From Ylistrum balloti (lineage: Eukaryota): a stretch of 64,000 nucleotides of DNA. Location: positions 334,882 through 398,881 of the forward strand of contig NW_026782491.1 of the NCBI RefSeq assembly GCF_031769215.1, read 5' to 3'. The notes beneath the pieces were generated by a model, which saw only the letters and a program-made list of their open reading frames with translations, did not search any database and was not told where the DNA came from. Within the stretch, counting starts at the first letter, position 1; the number at the start of each line of letters is the position of its first letter. Position numbers and translations under genes: made by a program. Below are positions 23,471 through 36,160 of this stretch, in pieces.

Positions 23471-24639
23471 CTATCAAATTAGTACAATATCTCCAACGTA
23501 ATATTAACCGAAATAGTTGAAGAAATGATAATAATTCAATTAGTCTTCTTCATCATGGCTTTTCCAATATTAATGAATTTCATGAAAACATGAAGTAATT
23601 GAACTCGACTATTTGAGCAACAAAGTGCTGGCTTATACCCTATCTAACGAGGAATATCAAGGACACATAGGAGTATTGCTAGAATTATTGTGTTTGTAAC
23701 AAAGGAGACTTTGTTGTGCTCTCAGTGTCTAAAGCCTTAGTTGCAAACTCATCAAAACTTTCGATGACACATCTCATCGTGTAAGGAAAACAAAACAAAA
23801 ATAGAGAGAAAAAACATCTTTTACATCTTATTTCAAATATATGAAAAAGGAAATATTGAATTATTCCCAAAAAACGAATTCGAAAACTGGAAAAGTTGAC
23901 GAACAGTACACAGACATGTTGAAATCCCTGGGAACCAAGATAACAGAAGCAATGAAAGTATTACAGTAGTAACGTGTTACTATGTCTTATTTTATTCGCA
24001 CATACTCGTACTTACTAAAATCATATCCTTTTACCAACCAAATCAAAAGTAGAAACATGAGGAATACCAAAAAGTTTAAGTAAAACTTACGTTTCTCATG
24101 CTAATGATATCTAAAAACATATTTAGGCAAATATTTTCATTTCAGTAAATCTCATTTCATCAAATCATAAGAAGAAGGGTTTCGATAACAGACATAGCCT
24201 TAATTAGTCATATTCTATGGATAGACATTCTTTATATCTTCGAGAAAAATGTCCTCTATGAGAAGAGATAAACCCAATTTCACAATGTATGAGTTTTAAG
24301 ACTCGGAAAGTCGTTTGTGCATAATACTCTTAAGAATATTCGTAAACACGTTTTTAATTCCAATTATCAAGATGTGCTTATATAAGCATGACTAGACATC
24401 TTGTTTATCAATTTTCCTGACGTGGTTTTGAATTACCTATGTGTATTATATTGACATGCATCAGTACCTTAAACATCATACTTTAACCCTTTGAAGCTAG
24501 GCTTTTATATCATTGATGTTAATATCACGTTCCATTTAACTTTACGTGTTAAATAAGAGTGTTGTAGTTATCGACTGTCTATGCTGTTTAAAGTACTTGA
24601 AATTAAATCGTGATGAGTCAGTGTATAATCCTTAATCAC

Positions 24640-25620
24640 AATTCACTAATTTGTCCCTGATCACACATCCGGTCCATAGCAGCACTTTTCTGTATTTCCG
24701 GTCCGTATTTACACTTCTCTACGTACAAATGACCCTAATAACAATTCTCAACAGTTCTTGTCCTTAGTTCCACTATTTGACATATCTGATCCCTAGTCCC
24801 ATTTATTCTACATTTCTGGTCCTGAGTGAATTGTGTCTACGTTTTCAGTCCCTAGCCAGTTCTGTACGTTGCTGGTTCCTGGTCAGACATTCACGTTTCT
24901 AATCTCTTGTTTAACTTTTCTACGTTTTCAGTCCCTAGTAGTTCTTCTTTATACTTCTGGTCTGTGGTCCCACTTCTCTGCGTTTTGTGTCCCTAGTCAT
25001 TCTTCTTTATACTTCTGGTCTGTGGTCCCACTTCTCTACGTTTCGTGTCTCTAGTCATTCTTACAATGCTGGCCTATAGTCCCACTGCTTAATGTTTTTG
25101 TCCCTATTAGTTACATTTCTCTACGTTTCTGGTCCCTAGCAACCATTCTGTAAGTTTCGTTTCCTTAGGTACACTTCTCAAAGTTTCAATATTCCTGATC
25201 AAATTTCATTACGTTTCTGCTTCCTAGCCCAACGTCTCTACATTTCTGGTCTATGGTTCCACTTTTCTACGTTGCTGGCCCCAAGTCACATTTCTGTGCA
25301 TATTTGGTCCCTAGCACACTTCTCTATGTTTCTGATTCCTAGCTACACTTCGCTACGTTTCTTGTACCTAGCCACACTTCCCTGCATTTCTGGTCTCTAT
25401 TTCCAGTTGTCTATGTTTCTGATCCCTAGCTACTTTCGCTACGTTAAGGTCCCTGGTGGAACTTCTCTACGTTTCGGGTCCGTGACGGAACTTCTCTACG
25501 TTGCTGTTCCATAATGGAACTTTTCAACGTTTCTGGTCCGTGGTAGAATTTCCTTACGTTTCTGGTCTCTGGTGGAACTTTTCTACGTTTTTGGTCTCTT
25601 ATGGAACTTCTCTACGTTTT
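24640..25620. repeat. Minisatellite of about 1 kb built from degenerate 28-32 bp units (consensus near GGAACTTCTCTACGTTTCTGGTCCCTAG)
   Basis: Roughly 30 head-to-tail units. The array runs straight into the 1.15 kb dispersed repeat at 25621. Confidence 0.8.
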
Positions 25621-26744
25621 GGTTACCCTTGCTCTAATACAGAATTGTATCAATAATTACATATATTTATATTTAATTAAGTATGGAAGCAAACTTTTCT
25701 ATATAGTGTAGAATATAAGAAGTAAGTGTAAACATAAACACAGATTTATACTTTTACATAATGTAAATTATTTGATGAGATTTTATTTCTGAACCTCATC
25801 AGTTGCTAGTATTGCTGAAATGGACTTTGGACCTGTATCTGATGAGGTGAAGACATTTAATCTCAACAATATCTACAAATATATAGCCTAGTGATTAATA
25901 ATATAATGTTTTTCCCCATTTTTGAGTATAAATTTAAATTTGAATCCAAGAAGTCCCTGAATCCAAGTGTTATCCTTAAAATAGTAACACATTTAGGTAG
26001 GTAGGAGTTGCTTGCCTGGTATATAATTGCAGTATTATTATCTAATGATTATGTTGTATGTTAATGTTTTTGTCTTGTACCAATGTGATCTTAACAATAT
26101 TTGTGGGAGAGAACTTACATAGGCTCTGTCTGACATCCAATTCCCTTGCCAGATATGTATTTATATGTCAATGAAAAATCTTTGAAATTGAAATTGAAAT
26201 CAACATTTAATTCATATGTAAATACATTGATGAAACCCTTTCCCCTATAGATAGTAAATTTTATGTTGCTCATGCGTCTGATGTCTGACTTAGGAATCCA
26301 TTCCAAGGAGGAATTAAGCATGTTTGATACATTATGTCTCTCATGACATCCTGTAATGTTCCTTTTTGTCGGTAACTATACAAGAGACAGAAAATTTCAG
26401 ACTATTTGATTCTTGCTACTTGTTATGCGACAAAGAAAAAATTAGTTATTATCTTAAACTGAGCAGTTAGCAAACGGCAAAGAACATATCAAGTGTTGAT
26501 ATAAGGTGGTCGCTGTGACAAAAATCGTTATGACCTTCAATATTCTATGAAAAACAAACACGAATATTCTACAAAGATTAAATTATTCAAAATGTAATAC
26601 ACTTTATTAGAAAATAGATAAGGAAGTATTGCTCTATCGTGCATGATGAAGAATAAAATACTGACGATAACAAGGAATATATGTGTTCCTTTTATGATAT
26701 GAGGAAAAAAATTATTCATTTTATAGAGCCTCAATCGAGATTCA
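25621..26744 (+). repeat. Dispersed repeat copy 1, about 1.12 kb (second copy at 50881-52013), with an internal 9-bp-stem hairpin
   Basis: About 95% identical to 50881-52013 in the same orientation. It contains cctcatcag...(38 nt)...ctgatgagg. The ORF-track entries 26537-26734 and 51805-51999 are the same repeat, not genes. Confidence 0.75.
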
Positions 26745-27198
26745 TGAATCTCAAATAAAAGTGGAAACTAATACAAGATAATGTTTATCCAATCACTTAG
26801 GTACTTTTGCAGTTCTTCTTGAAAACGATAATTTATTAAACTGAGACTTTTAAATTATATATTCTCAATTCTTCTCCTTGTCTTTGGTGACATCTTCAAG
26901 GACTCAATGACATAAATGAAACCATGGTTGTCTTCCAACACAATCATTCGAACACGTTCAATTGAAAGAAAACAGACATTGTCATATCGTAAACATTTCA
27001 TTCTATTTGCTTAAAGCTATCGGTAAAAGTCACTTGCACATGACGTACGGAATTATTTTGTTGATTTAGGTATTTAGACACATAAACCTGCTAATCAAAC
27101 ACCTGCTTGTCAAACAGCGCCTGCTTAAAATCAGGCCATATATGTGATTGCGTTCGATAAATTCAGTCCGCCAGGTTGTCGATATCTATAGACATGAA

Positions 27199-28332
27199 CT
27201 ATTCGAGAGACAAAGTGAGGAAGGGTGATGAAGCAAACTTGGGATTATCCATGTACAAATTCATCTTTCTGTCAATAAGGTCAAACAATGCCGTTGCTAC
27301 AGTCTGTGAACTGTCTGTGGCCCTAGGTGTTCGATAAATTGGATACTTAGCATTATTCGTGTCACCCAGGATCGTCTTCATTTCCTCCAGTGTCGAAGGC
27401 GGTTTAAACTCTAGCATACGTTCCATTCGAGCTGTTGATGATGACAAATTATCCATTTCCTTGACGCTCAGATGTTTGTAATTGTTGCTATGCAGATAAC
27501 ATGGCGAATCGTCGACTTTGGTCTGTTCTTTAAATGTTTGCAAATTGGTCATGCCTTCATTCGCGCCGGGGCCTATTTCCAACCCCCACATATCACCAAG
27601 ATTTTTCCAGTTCCCCATGTTCAGATTAAACCCGACAGCACATCCGCCTCCCACGTTCTTGCCAATTTCTAGCGCATGTTCTGCGGTTTTGGCAGCCATC
27701 ATAGATCTGTTCAGGAAAAATCTCGGAGTCGCCCCGACTATAGCTGTTATGGGATAGAGTCCATTGCATCCAAATATCATACCATGCTGATTAAAAGCGA
27801 ACGTATTGCCTGGTAAACTGCCGGGGTACGAAAAGGTTGTGAACTTTTCGTCAGTGGAGTCTTCTATGACGTGAGCACTGACAATGTAGCCAGAGGTTCT
27901 TGATTGTGGATCACAGTCCTCATTGTGTCCTATCAGCTTCACCGCCTGGGTGTTGATCATAATGTCTGAACATCCCAGGTTATCAGATTCCGGGGGCCAA
28001 GTTTCCATTTCATAACAATGACAATTATAAACTTCCTTTGCAATATTAAGCAAAAAAATGTCTTCAAATGCCATTCCCACGCCATCGGCCATACCTTGTA
28101 CCTCACGAATCAGCTTGGGGAAGTGATCACGTGCCCCTCTGAGGTAAATTTCTGTTATTTCTCGTCCACGTTTTTGGGAGTAGAACGGAAGTAGTTTCTC
28201 CTGAACTAATAGTGAACTCTGGTAGAACAACTTAATTCTATTCTGGAACGTAACACCAGTATGGTATCCGACATCATAGTGATTACCACGAACATGTAAA
28301 ATGGGCATAGAGACAGAGGGTGGGCTCGCCAT
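27199..28332 (-). CDS. Intronless peptidase C45 family protein (tan / acyl-CoA:6-APA acyltransferase-like N-terminal-nucleophile hydrolase), about 378 aa from the MASPPS Met
   Basis: Single 399-codon ORF whose first ATG is MASPPSVSMPILHVRGNHYDVGYHTGV. A Gly-Cys dipeptide (DNLG|CSDIM) sits at residues about 120/121, the position of the autoproteolytic G|C site in tan/IAT (family knowledge). The ORF is far longer than background ORFs in this AT-rich DNA. Confidence 0.6.
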   Translation of the reverse strand: MASPPSVSMPILHVRGNHYDVGYHTGVTFQNRIKLFYQSSLLVQEKLLPFYSQKRGREITEIYLRGARDHFPKLIREVQGMADGVGMAFEDIFLLNIAKEVYNCHCYEMETWPPESDNLGCSDIMINTQAVKLIGHNEDCDPQSRTSGYIVSAHVIEDSTDEKFTTFSYPGSLPGNTFAFNQHGMIFGCNGLYPITAIVGATPRFFLNRSMMAAKTAEHALEIGKNVGGGCAVGFNLNMGNWKNLGDMWGLEIGPGANEGMTNLQTFKEQTKVDDSPCYLHSNNYKHLSVKEMDNLSSSTARMERMLEFKPPSTLEEMKTILGDTNNAKYPIYRTPRATDSSQTVATALFDLIDRKMNLYMDNPKFASSPFLTLSLE

Positions 28333-30295
28333 ATCATCAGTTATTCTGTAAATGAAACAAATTCTATAATTTGGCAACAGTATTTCATGATCAGTCAAGA
28401 TAAATACTTAAATGGATATTGTTAACTTAATTATTTCTGCAGCAATTACCCATAGCTCCTTCAAGAATATTTTGCGGCGATTTTTTCAACCACTGTGTTA
28501 TCGAACACGTGTTCGATTAAAAATATAATGTCATTCTCACACACGCATCAATATATTGGTAATCATAACAAATATGAATGATATATGTTTGTTGTCTGTT
28601 TCTGTTTCCTCAATGGAAAAAAATGTTAACATGACGTACGTGTACTACATAATTTTCTTCTTTTTCTTTTCAATTTAGATATTTGAAATTTAATGGTTAG
28701 CCATCCACAATTTTGCCGAAATTTACTAAACATTTATCTGAAAAAAATAGAAGACGAAAATATTATTTATGTTGCCCTACAAGGTCTATTAGTTTGCAAA
28801 AGGTACATTTTTTGTAATTTGTAATTGAGCACGCATGCATAAGTTGTTGTGTTGGTTGTTCACCGGAAGATAAATATACGTGGGTAGCAACATTAAACTT
28901 TTCCCTTTGTAAAAAGGTAATTGATATCATATCCTAGACATACACAGATAAATGGAGGGATTGGTTGTATTACCAGTGAACATAAACATAGAGGAGCGAT
29001 CATGCGTAAAATAATGATACGGCAATGATCTTTGCCATGTCAAGATATGAAAAATAATTACTTTGCATCGCCGTCGGTGAAAAGAGTCCGAGTGATCTTT
29101 CTCCTAAATTGTGCAAATACTGCATGTATTGAAAGATGTTATTAACCTATATATCTCTATGTTATAGAACGTTGCATCTCCCACATAGTCTTAATGGCAT
29201 CCTAAGTAGGTTCATTCATCAGATTATCAACATATCAAATATTCACTTTAAAAAAAGAAACACTTCAAACCTATTTTCCTCATCAAAAATGTAAAGCATT
29301 ACTATTTTTATCTGTACACACATGAAGAATCCTACTTCTGAGGATGTTGATATGTAAAAGCTGGTTACTTACTTGACAAGTTGTAGACTATAAAGTGTTT
29401 TCTGCAGTCAACAATATACTGTTGCCTATGAACTACTTCAATATCTGCGCAGTTGTTGCACACGTTGAATGTGTACACAGTCAGTTATAGTGACCCAGTT
29501 TTTGTCACAGCCTTCTATAGTACGTAGCTTTGTTAAGAAACAATTACATAAGTATAGAAGCAGGATCTACTAGGGTCAGGGCTAAGTAGTATACACTGAA
29601 AAATACGCTGAAAGGGGGAAACCCTCGACGAGATAGTAAAATATATGAAAGCCTATTTGTGACATATTACTTTTTCATCTAGACATATAATCAATAGGCA
29701 AGCTATGTTTCATCATGTTTGTTTTTGTATTTTGGTGAAAATGAATGTATCAGTGTATAACTGATAAATATGGAGAAATGTAAACAATTAACGCTCTCAG
29801 AATAATTTATGTTAAATGAGAAAGATTCGGTTGGTAACATCACCGTTACCACCTCTTAGTTATATATTTCCCGAAAGATCCAAATCTGCTGTTGGTTCAT
29901 TACAGTTTCACTGTTATGATTGAGTTTTGTTTTTTTCGGTATGGCCGCCTGTGAAACACTTTACCTGCAATTTAATTGACCACAAAAATGCCATGGATGA
30001 AGGATTTCAACAGCTCCAAATAAAAATGAAGCATTTATGCACCGTTAGAGGATATTTTTGCTTCTATTAAAAGTATTGATTTTCAATACAATCGTAAAAA
30101 TGAAAGAAACAACAACAAAAAACACTCAATTATGAGCATAAAGCGATGGTACAAAGGATAAGGCATTTGATTGTAATGAAAACAAGTCGTAAGACGGAGC
30201 ACACCGTTAATATACCACCAATTACTCTCGATTACGAATCGATAAACATGTTCAAGCGTATAATTAAGTCTTCCTGCTATACATAATACATAAGT

Positions 30296-30313
30296 ACCTA
30301 TATATATATATAT
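30296..30313. repeat. (TA)n microsatellite
   Basis: tatatatatatatatat. Confidence 0.8.
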
Positions 30314-30626
30314 CTTTCATCAGTAAACAGTAGACGCCGAACAAGTCAGATTTATCGTTGCACTGTGTTACTAACTGAGGAAAACTGTTCATCATACTGG
30401 TCATCACTGGACATTGATCATCGTGAGCGGTATCCATGGAACTAACAAGTAATTAACAACAACATTATGACTGAAAAGTGATAATTAACCGTGTTGTATC
30501 ATTTAAGGAAATCGTACTTTTCCAAATCTTATTTGCATTTTGATATCTAAGGAGACTTACAAAGAGAACAAGGAAAATACCAACATATTAACAGAATGTC
30601 AATTGAAACGTATTTATTTTTAAGAT

Positions 30627-31061
30627 ATGGCAAAATATGGAAAAAGTTCAAGGAGAATAAGACCAGGAGTTCTAATAATTTTCTGGTCGAAGATATATTC
30701 AACTTTCTGTGTCATAATTGTTCTTGTGTTTATGTATCTGGATTCTGTACTGCGTGTTGTGTTATTTCAATTAGCCTTATATGCTTCACAATTTAGGCCA
30801 TTACCGTCTAAAGGGACGAAGCAGCTGTATGATGTAGTTAAACTCACTGTTGATCTCTACTGTATCTATGAAACTGAATACGTTGAACCATCAGGATCGG
30901 ACATATTCTCATATTTTTGGGGTTTTATTACTATTAATGTCGGTATTTTCTTTTTAATTATGAATTCAGCGTTCTACAAATATTGCATGAGCAGTCCGTA
31001 TAATAACATCATGGTGATGGCAATATTCTATGTACTTTTGTCACAATTGTATGTATTATGA
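30627..31061 (+). CDS. Hypothetical small multi-pass membrane protein ORF (144 aa)
   Basis: ATG-initiated 144-codon ORF in AT-rich DNA, with 3-4 hydrophobic segments. No recognisable homology, and it could be spurious. Confidence 0.2.
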   Translation: MAKYGKSSRRIRPGVLIIFWSKIYSTFCVIIVLVFMYLDSVLRVVLFQLALYASQFRPLPSKGTKQLYDVVKLTVDLYCIYETEYVEPSGSDIFSYFWGFITINVGIFFLIMNSAFYKYCMSSPYNNIMVMAIFYVLLSQLYVL

Positions 31062-32545
31062 TACTGCTTGATGGAAAGCTGTACTTGTCATTTTCGATGT
31101 AGGAAATTATCGTATGAAGTAACTGATTTAGAGGATTCTGTTGTGTCCTTGATTTCTTGTTCTGTTGGGTATACACGATAAACATGGTCAATTAACTGCT
31201 TGTTATTTAAAGTCAAGACATCATCAATATATAGAATATGTTGTAATGTTTTATGGCTTTTATTCATGTGTTTCAATAATTTCGCCTTTATATGTCTGTA
31301 GCTGTCAAAATGTCTCAGCCAACATTCTCTCGTTTGAGTTCAGAGCGATGTGAGATATATTGGGCTTTTTAATCATATACATGCCGATATCTATTGATAT
31401 TAAAGCCAGCGAAGGATGGTAGTAATTAACTTTTTGAAAACTGAACTTGGAAAATAATAACAGGAAATTTTGTTTGTAGATAACGTTGTTGTCCAGTCCA
31501 GTTTCAACGTGTTTCCCGGATATTCCGGAAGGATCCCATCTCCTGGCAGTTTCCATGGCAACGCAAGTAACCTCTATACGTGTTTGGGTTTGTGTCTGCT
31601 CCATTTCGGTTGCAATGTTGTCTTCTATGACAGCATGGTTCAGTATTGTTCGGGAGACAACGATACAGATGTGGTTCGGTTCCTCGATACTCTGACTGAT
31701 CGGACCGGAGCGAAAGCCTATCGCCTGGCATCAAGTACTGTACCATAAAATGTTAATTTCATATCTCTAAAAGATGCAAGTTACAATAATCTGCTGTTTT
31801 CAGCAAATCGGGCATATTTTTTTCAATGTTAGATTTTGTAAATTCGCACAAGCAATATCAAAATGTACGTTACAAACATTAATACTTATGTAGCCTTAAA
31901 ACCCTCATTTCCCACCTTAGCGAGCTTCATGCAGCAGGGATGCAACCGATGAATGGGTACTTGAAGTTTAAGAATTAGTTTACAATCACAATTATCTTGA
32001 ACAATTTTACATGAAAACTTACGTTATCCAAAGAAGACTTGTTCTTTGGTGTATATAATGTAACGAATTATCGACCGTAAATCTGACACCATAGGGTCTA
32101 CATATAAGAATTTTCATTTGGTTGCGTTTTGATATGACTGATTCAAAGATTTACCCATATTAAAGTATCGCCTTAGAAGGAACCAATGTCGATAGCTGTT
32201 TTAGTAAGGCTGATGTATCGACCGCAATGTTAAATCTGTGATATATTATCATAAAAAGCACGCGTGATTTCTTTTAATTAAGGTAATTCTGATACTTTTT
32301 TCAGAAACCAAGTTTTCGCACAGCTGGTCGATATTATTCTAACGGGGAATTACATGACGTACTTTAAGCCAACCATAACAACGATAGTAATAATTAGATA
32401 TTGAAAATGAAATCAGATGAACGCCGTTCACTGGAAAGGATACAGATCGATTGGATTACACTTCTGTTTGAATTTTTGTCTTGTGTGAAAAGCTTCTGGT
32501 GATTATAATTATAATAATGTTGAGTTACTGTTTCCTTATTTTCAG

Positions 32546-32719
32546 AATGTGACAGCGCCGGCTACACTTTGAATAGGATGACCGGCCAATGTCTGAAAGT
32601 TGTGTTAACGACAAAAAGTTATGTAGACGCCAAGCAATACTGTGAAGATGAGGGAGGTGTCTTAGCGAAGCTAGAGAGTACAGAGAGGATGATAGGAGCA
32701 ATCAACATCACACTGATAT
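32546..32719 (+). CDS. C-type lectin gene, exon encoding the N-terminal half of the CTLD (ECDSAGYTLNRMTGQCLKVVLTTKSYVDAKQYCEDEGGVLAKLESTERMIGAINITLI)
   Basis: Shows the CTLD pattern C..GY....CLK......W.DA...C...GG.LA...S.EE. Flanked by ag and gt. The upstream signal-peptide exon is not identified. Confidence 0.65.
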
Positions 32720-33574
32720 GTAATTATTATATTACTTATCATTAGGAAGTGAGATGTAGGAATTTTGTATATTTTCACGTGTATAGCTGTATCGTTTTCG
32801 GTCATTTTTCATATTTTGAAAAAAATGAAAGAGAAAAATAAAGCAAATACAATAAATAAAAGAAAACAATAGCTCATTAAATTATTGGATATTGAGAGTA
32901 GACCTTCTTTCCTTCTTTCTTTGTTCTGTTTCTGTTCAAAGAATACAGGACTGTTTATTCTGAATTTGTCACTCACCTACATGCATATTCTCCAGTTGAT
33001 TAGTACATTTGAACATTTATTTTGTTATCTATTTTTGGCTTCGCCACATCTATACTTTGACATTGATTTGGGATGATTTCGATATTTATTCAAAGTTAAT
33101 TATATAGAGTCAAGCAAAATGATAAAGTGAACTTCATCTATAGGTGTGCCATCTTTCTAAAACGGGCTTGTCATCAATGCTAAGGATATATATCAGGAAG
33201 CAATAGTTGAAGAAAATCAATTTAGTCAAATGTACACCAATTCCATATCTCATTGAATTTTATCAGATGAATCCAAAGAATATTTGGGAACCAGAGTAGG
33301 GAATTCCGTTTTCCTATCGTTGAATATGTTTTCACTTTAAAATATGGTGCAAGTATGGAGTTGGGAAATACATTCAGAGATTATCAGGGGTCAATTGAAA
33401 CGGGTTTATGTAAAGGAAGAAACGAATTTACGTTACAGTGAGTGCGTATTGCTGTAGTTTACAATATTTTAGTTACTTGAAATGATTGTTATTCAGACAT
33501 TGAACTTTTAAAAGTGGAACGTGGAATGTAAATTAACATGTTTATGAAATTGGAATATTATGTTCTCATACCAG

Positions 33575-33816
33575 ATTCCGATAAAAATGGATATCTGGTT
33601 GGGGCGACAGACATAGCGTCAGAAGGTGTTTGGACCTGGCAAGATGGCACACCTGTAGAAGGAATCGACGTTCTCTTCAACAACTATGATGCCAAGTATG
33701 AACCAGGACGTCCAGCTGACTGTGGCTCCTTATATAAAAGTGTTAGGATAGGAGACAACAGGTGTTTTGAGAAGAGACAATTCATTTGTGAACGAAGAGA
33801 CTTGGAACCGCTTTGA
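33575..33816 (+). CDS. C-type lectin gene, terminal exon (…SDKNGYLVGATDIASEGVWTWQDGTPVEG...PGRPADCGSLYKSVRIGDNRCFEKRQFICE…, stop)
   Basis: Carries the WIGL-like block G.TD...EG.W.W.DG, the EPG-like motif with the DCG Cys, and the C-terminal FICE. The phase-1 join with the previous exon gives Y. Confidence 0.7.
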
Positions 33817-35686
33817 CTATTTTTTGTTCTCCAGCACAGACAAACCATTTTGGTGAAGTTCTCAATTGACGCATTCGTTCGCTTGATATCAGAATTCATT
33901 ATACTGTTTCGTGTAAGGTGTTCATTTCTGAATTACTTGATTGTTACAATGATCTTATCAGTTTCTTCCTTATTATGGTTTACTGGTGTTGGATTTAAGA
34001 GTTGACATCTAGAAAACGATGAGAATCCCATGAAAGTGTGAATATCATTAGGAAACATAAAGGACACAAGGAAATTGTTGGTATTGAACAAGAGAATTTA
34101 AGTGCTGAATTATTTATCGACACCAACGCATGATTGATTTCTCGCCTTGTATCTTAGTTTGATCTATTAGAATTGGTTGTGGGGGAGTTTCAGAATTCTT
34201 CATACAGAAAATGAGAAATTTATTTATTAATTATGGTAATAGCCTTTCAATATTATCAACAATCTTGACACGTGTATCTACAAGATAAGTACATTTAATG
34301 ACGGGTGCTGTTTAATTCAAAACTGCCACGGCATTCTGCATTTGCCTCGCAAACCGTAAGCTATGGCTACATTATGTCAATTGAAACATGCTACCGTGCT
34401 TATCTCTGAAATCATGGAGAAAAATGTCATTTCTATCGTAAACCATTTTATGTCAAATTAAACAATTTAGATCACTCAATTCATTTGATGTTTGTTGTGC
34501 TTATTGTAGTCAAAATACGTGTATAACATACACTTTCAGTATGTGTTTCCAGATTATTTTCTTAGTTAATTGTATCCTCTCCATCATTCCTTGTGCTCTA
34601 TCATCGACTGGTACTTAAATATCAGTTAAGCAGTACATAAATACCGTTATTAAGATTTTTTAAACATTAATTTAATACATATATAGGCATGTTTAATCAT
34701 CAATTGAGAGGGAAATGAATGTGTTCAAGGTTGTAATTTTTACATATATCAATCGATTGTAAGCATGGTTAACTATTCAATCAAATCAATTAAAACATAT
34801 CACATATTTACACATGATCTTCGGTGAGAAGGGCCGTAAGAACTTGTTTTAGAAGCATTTGTCTTTTTTTGACATAAGATTTGTTTAAATAAAATCACGT
34901 TGGCATACTTATTGGATATTGAAATATCCATATGATTTCCTTAATGTAGAATTCTTCTCTGTGCCGTGAATGTTTCGTCAACTTTCGTGGATTATTAATT
35001 ATTAGTTATGATATCGTTTATTGTCAGCCGTGAAATATATTACAAATTTCGCATAAAAAGCATAACAACGTCGCAACCGATGGCTTCAAAGCGAAAAAAA
35101 ATATTATGGACTTCCAAAAAAATTAGGAAGCTTCCACATTCGTAGAAGCTAAGCGGAAGGGTTATTAAAATTATTAATTGTGACCAATGATCAAGGACGT
35201 TTGGAAACGCTTCCAAGGACAGGACAGGTGTAAATGATTTGTTATTAGCTATTGCCGGAGTGTGATTAAGACAAGAACAGAAATAAAATATGAGTATAAA
35301 GTTATGTGTTTTGTATTAGCAATGCCCAGGTACATATATAATCAAACATTATTATCAACATTCCAATAAAAAAAATGGAACAAATTATAGAATTATTGAC
35401 AATATTGTCAAAGTATCGTTATCAGAAGATGGCGATCAGCCAATGTATCTGAAAAACACATTAAGAAGTTACCAAGTAATACATATCATTGTTAACTCAA
35501 TATAAACGACATATTTTGGTTGCTTAAAACAATCGTGCGAAAATGTATGCAATATTGTGTAAATCTTAGCTTTTCTTGTCAGTTGAATTTTATTTAATAA
35601 ATATAGATGTATGTAATTTCCTGATATAAAATATCAAAATTGTTTCATACAAAAACAGTTAAACAACATAAAACATATACATACGT

Positions 35687-35890
35687 TTAGAGGTTGACGG
35701 TGACAGTGAGTCCGCCTTTGTCGAGAGTAAGATGCTGTGTCTTTACAGTTTGACCGCTGTGTTTAATTCGGATTGTGTAATCTCCCATAAACCCTGATGC
35801 GTGTACTGTATTTCCGGTCACAGATTTAGTCACGTGAGTCCGCCATGTTTGGTGGAAGAGTGTTTGATACCTTCGTCCTGCAGCATTGGG
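35687..35890 (-). CDS. GH10 xylanase gene, exon 11: C-terminal extension ending VTVNL, stop
   Basis: Follows a cag acceptor in phase 0 and is continuous with exon 10. Stop is TAA at 35687-35689. Confidence 0.6.
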   Translation of the reverse strand, partial: PNAAGRRYQTLFHQTWRTHVTKSVTGNTVHASGFMGDYTIRIKHSGQTVKTQHLTLDKGGLTVTVNL

Positions 35891-36160
35891 CTAAAAAGCA
35901 AAATCGATCCTCATGATGGTTATAATTCAATATAAAGAAAAATCTTTTAGCAAAACATACATTAAAATACTTATGTACATGTATATCTATACGTAAAAGG
36001 TTAATGTGTGATATCTGGTTTTTTTTTCTTCTTTGATTTGATTTGGCCGTGTTTCTTAAAAAAATTGCATCCCTGCATTAAGTATCGCTCGGGTACATAT
36101 TGTAAATTTTGTGCCTTCCTTTCGCCTGCACATTCAGAACACACTCATTAAATGCGTTAC

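Noticed and set aside
24640-25620. Regularly spaced short repeats that might resemble a CRISPR array
   Set aside because: The context is eukaryotic, with spliceosomal introns throughout. The units are contiguous degenerate monomers with no unique spacers, and no cas genes are present. This is a minisatellite.
26537-26734. ORF-track protein MRLYKMNNFFPHIIKG..., duplicated at 51805-51999
   Set aside because: Both lie inside the two copies of the 1.15 kb dispersed repeat. They are AT-rich with no homology, so the repeat explains the identical ORFs.
31470-31750. Cluster of mutually overlapping ORFs on both strands in a GC-richer patch
   Set aside because: None has recognisable motifs or splice-consistent continuation. 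It is probably a CpG-richer non-coding island or a decayed element.
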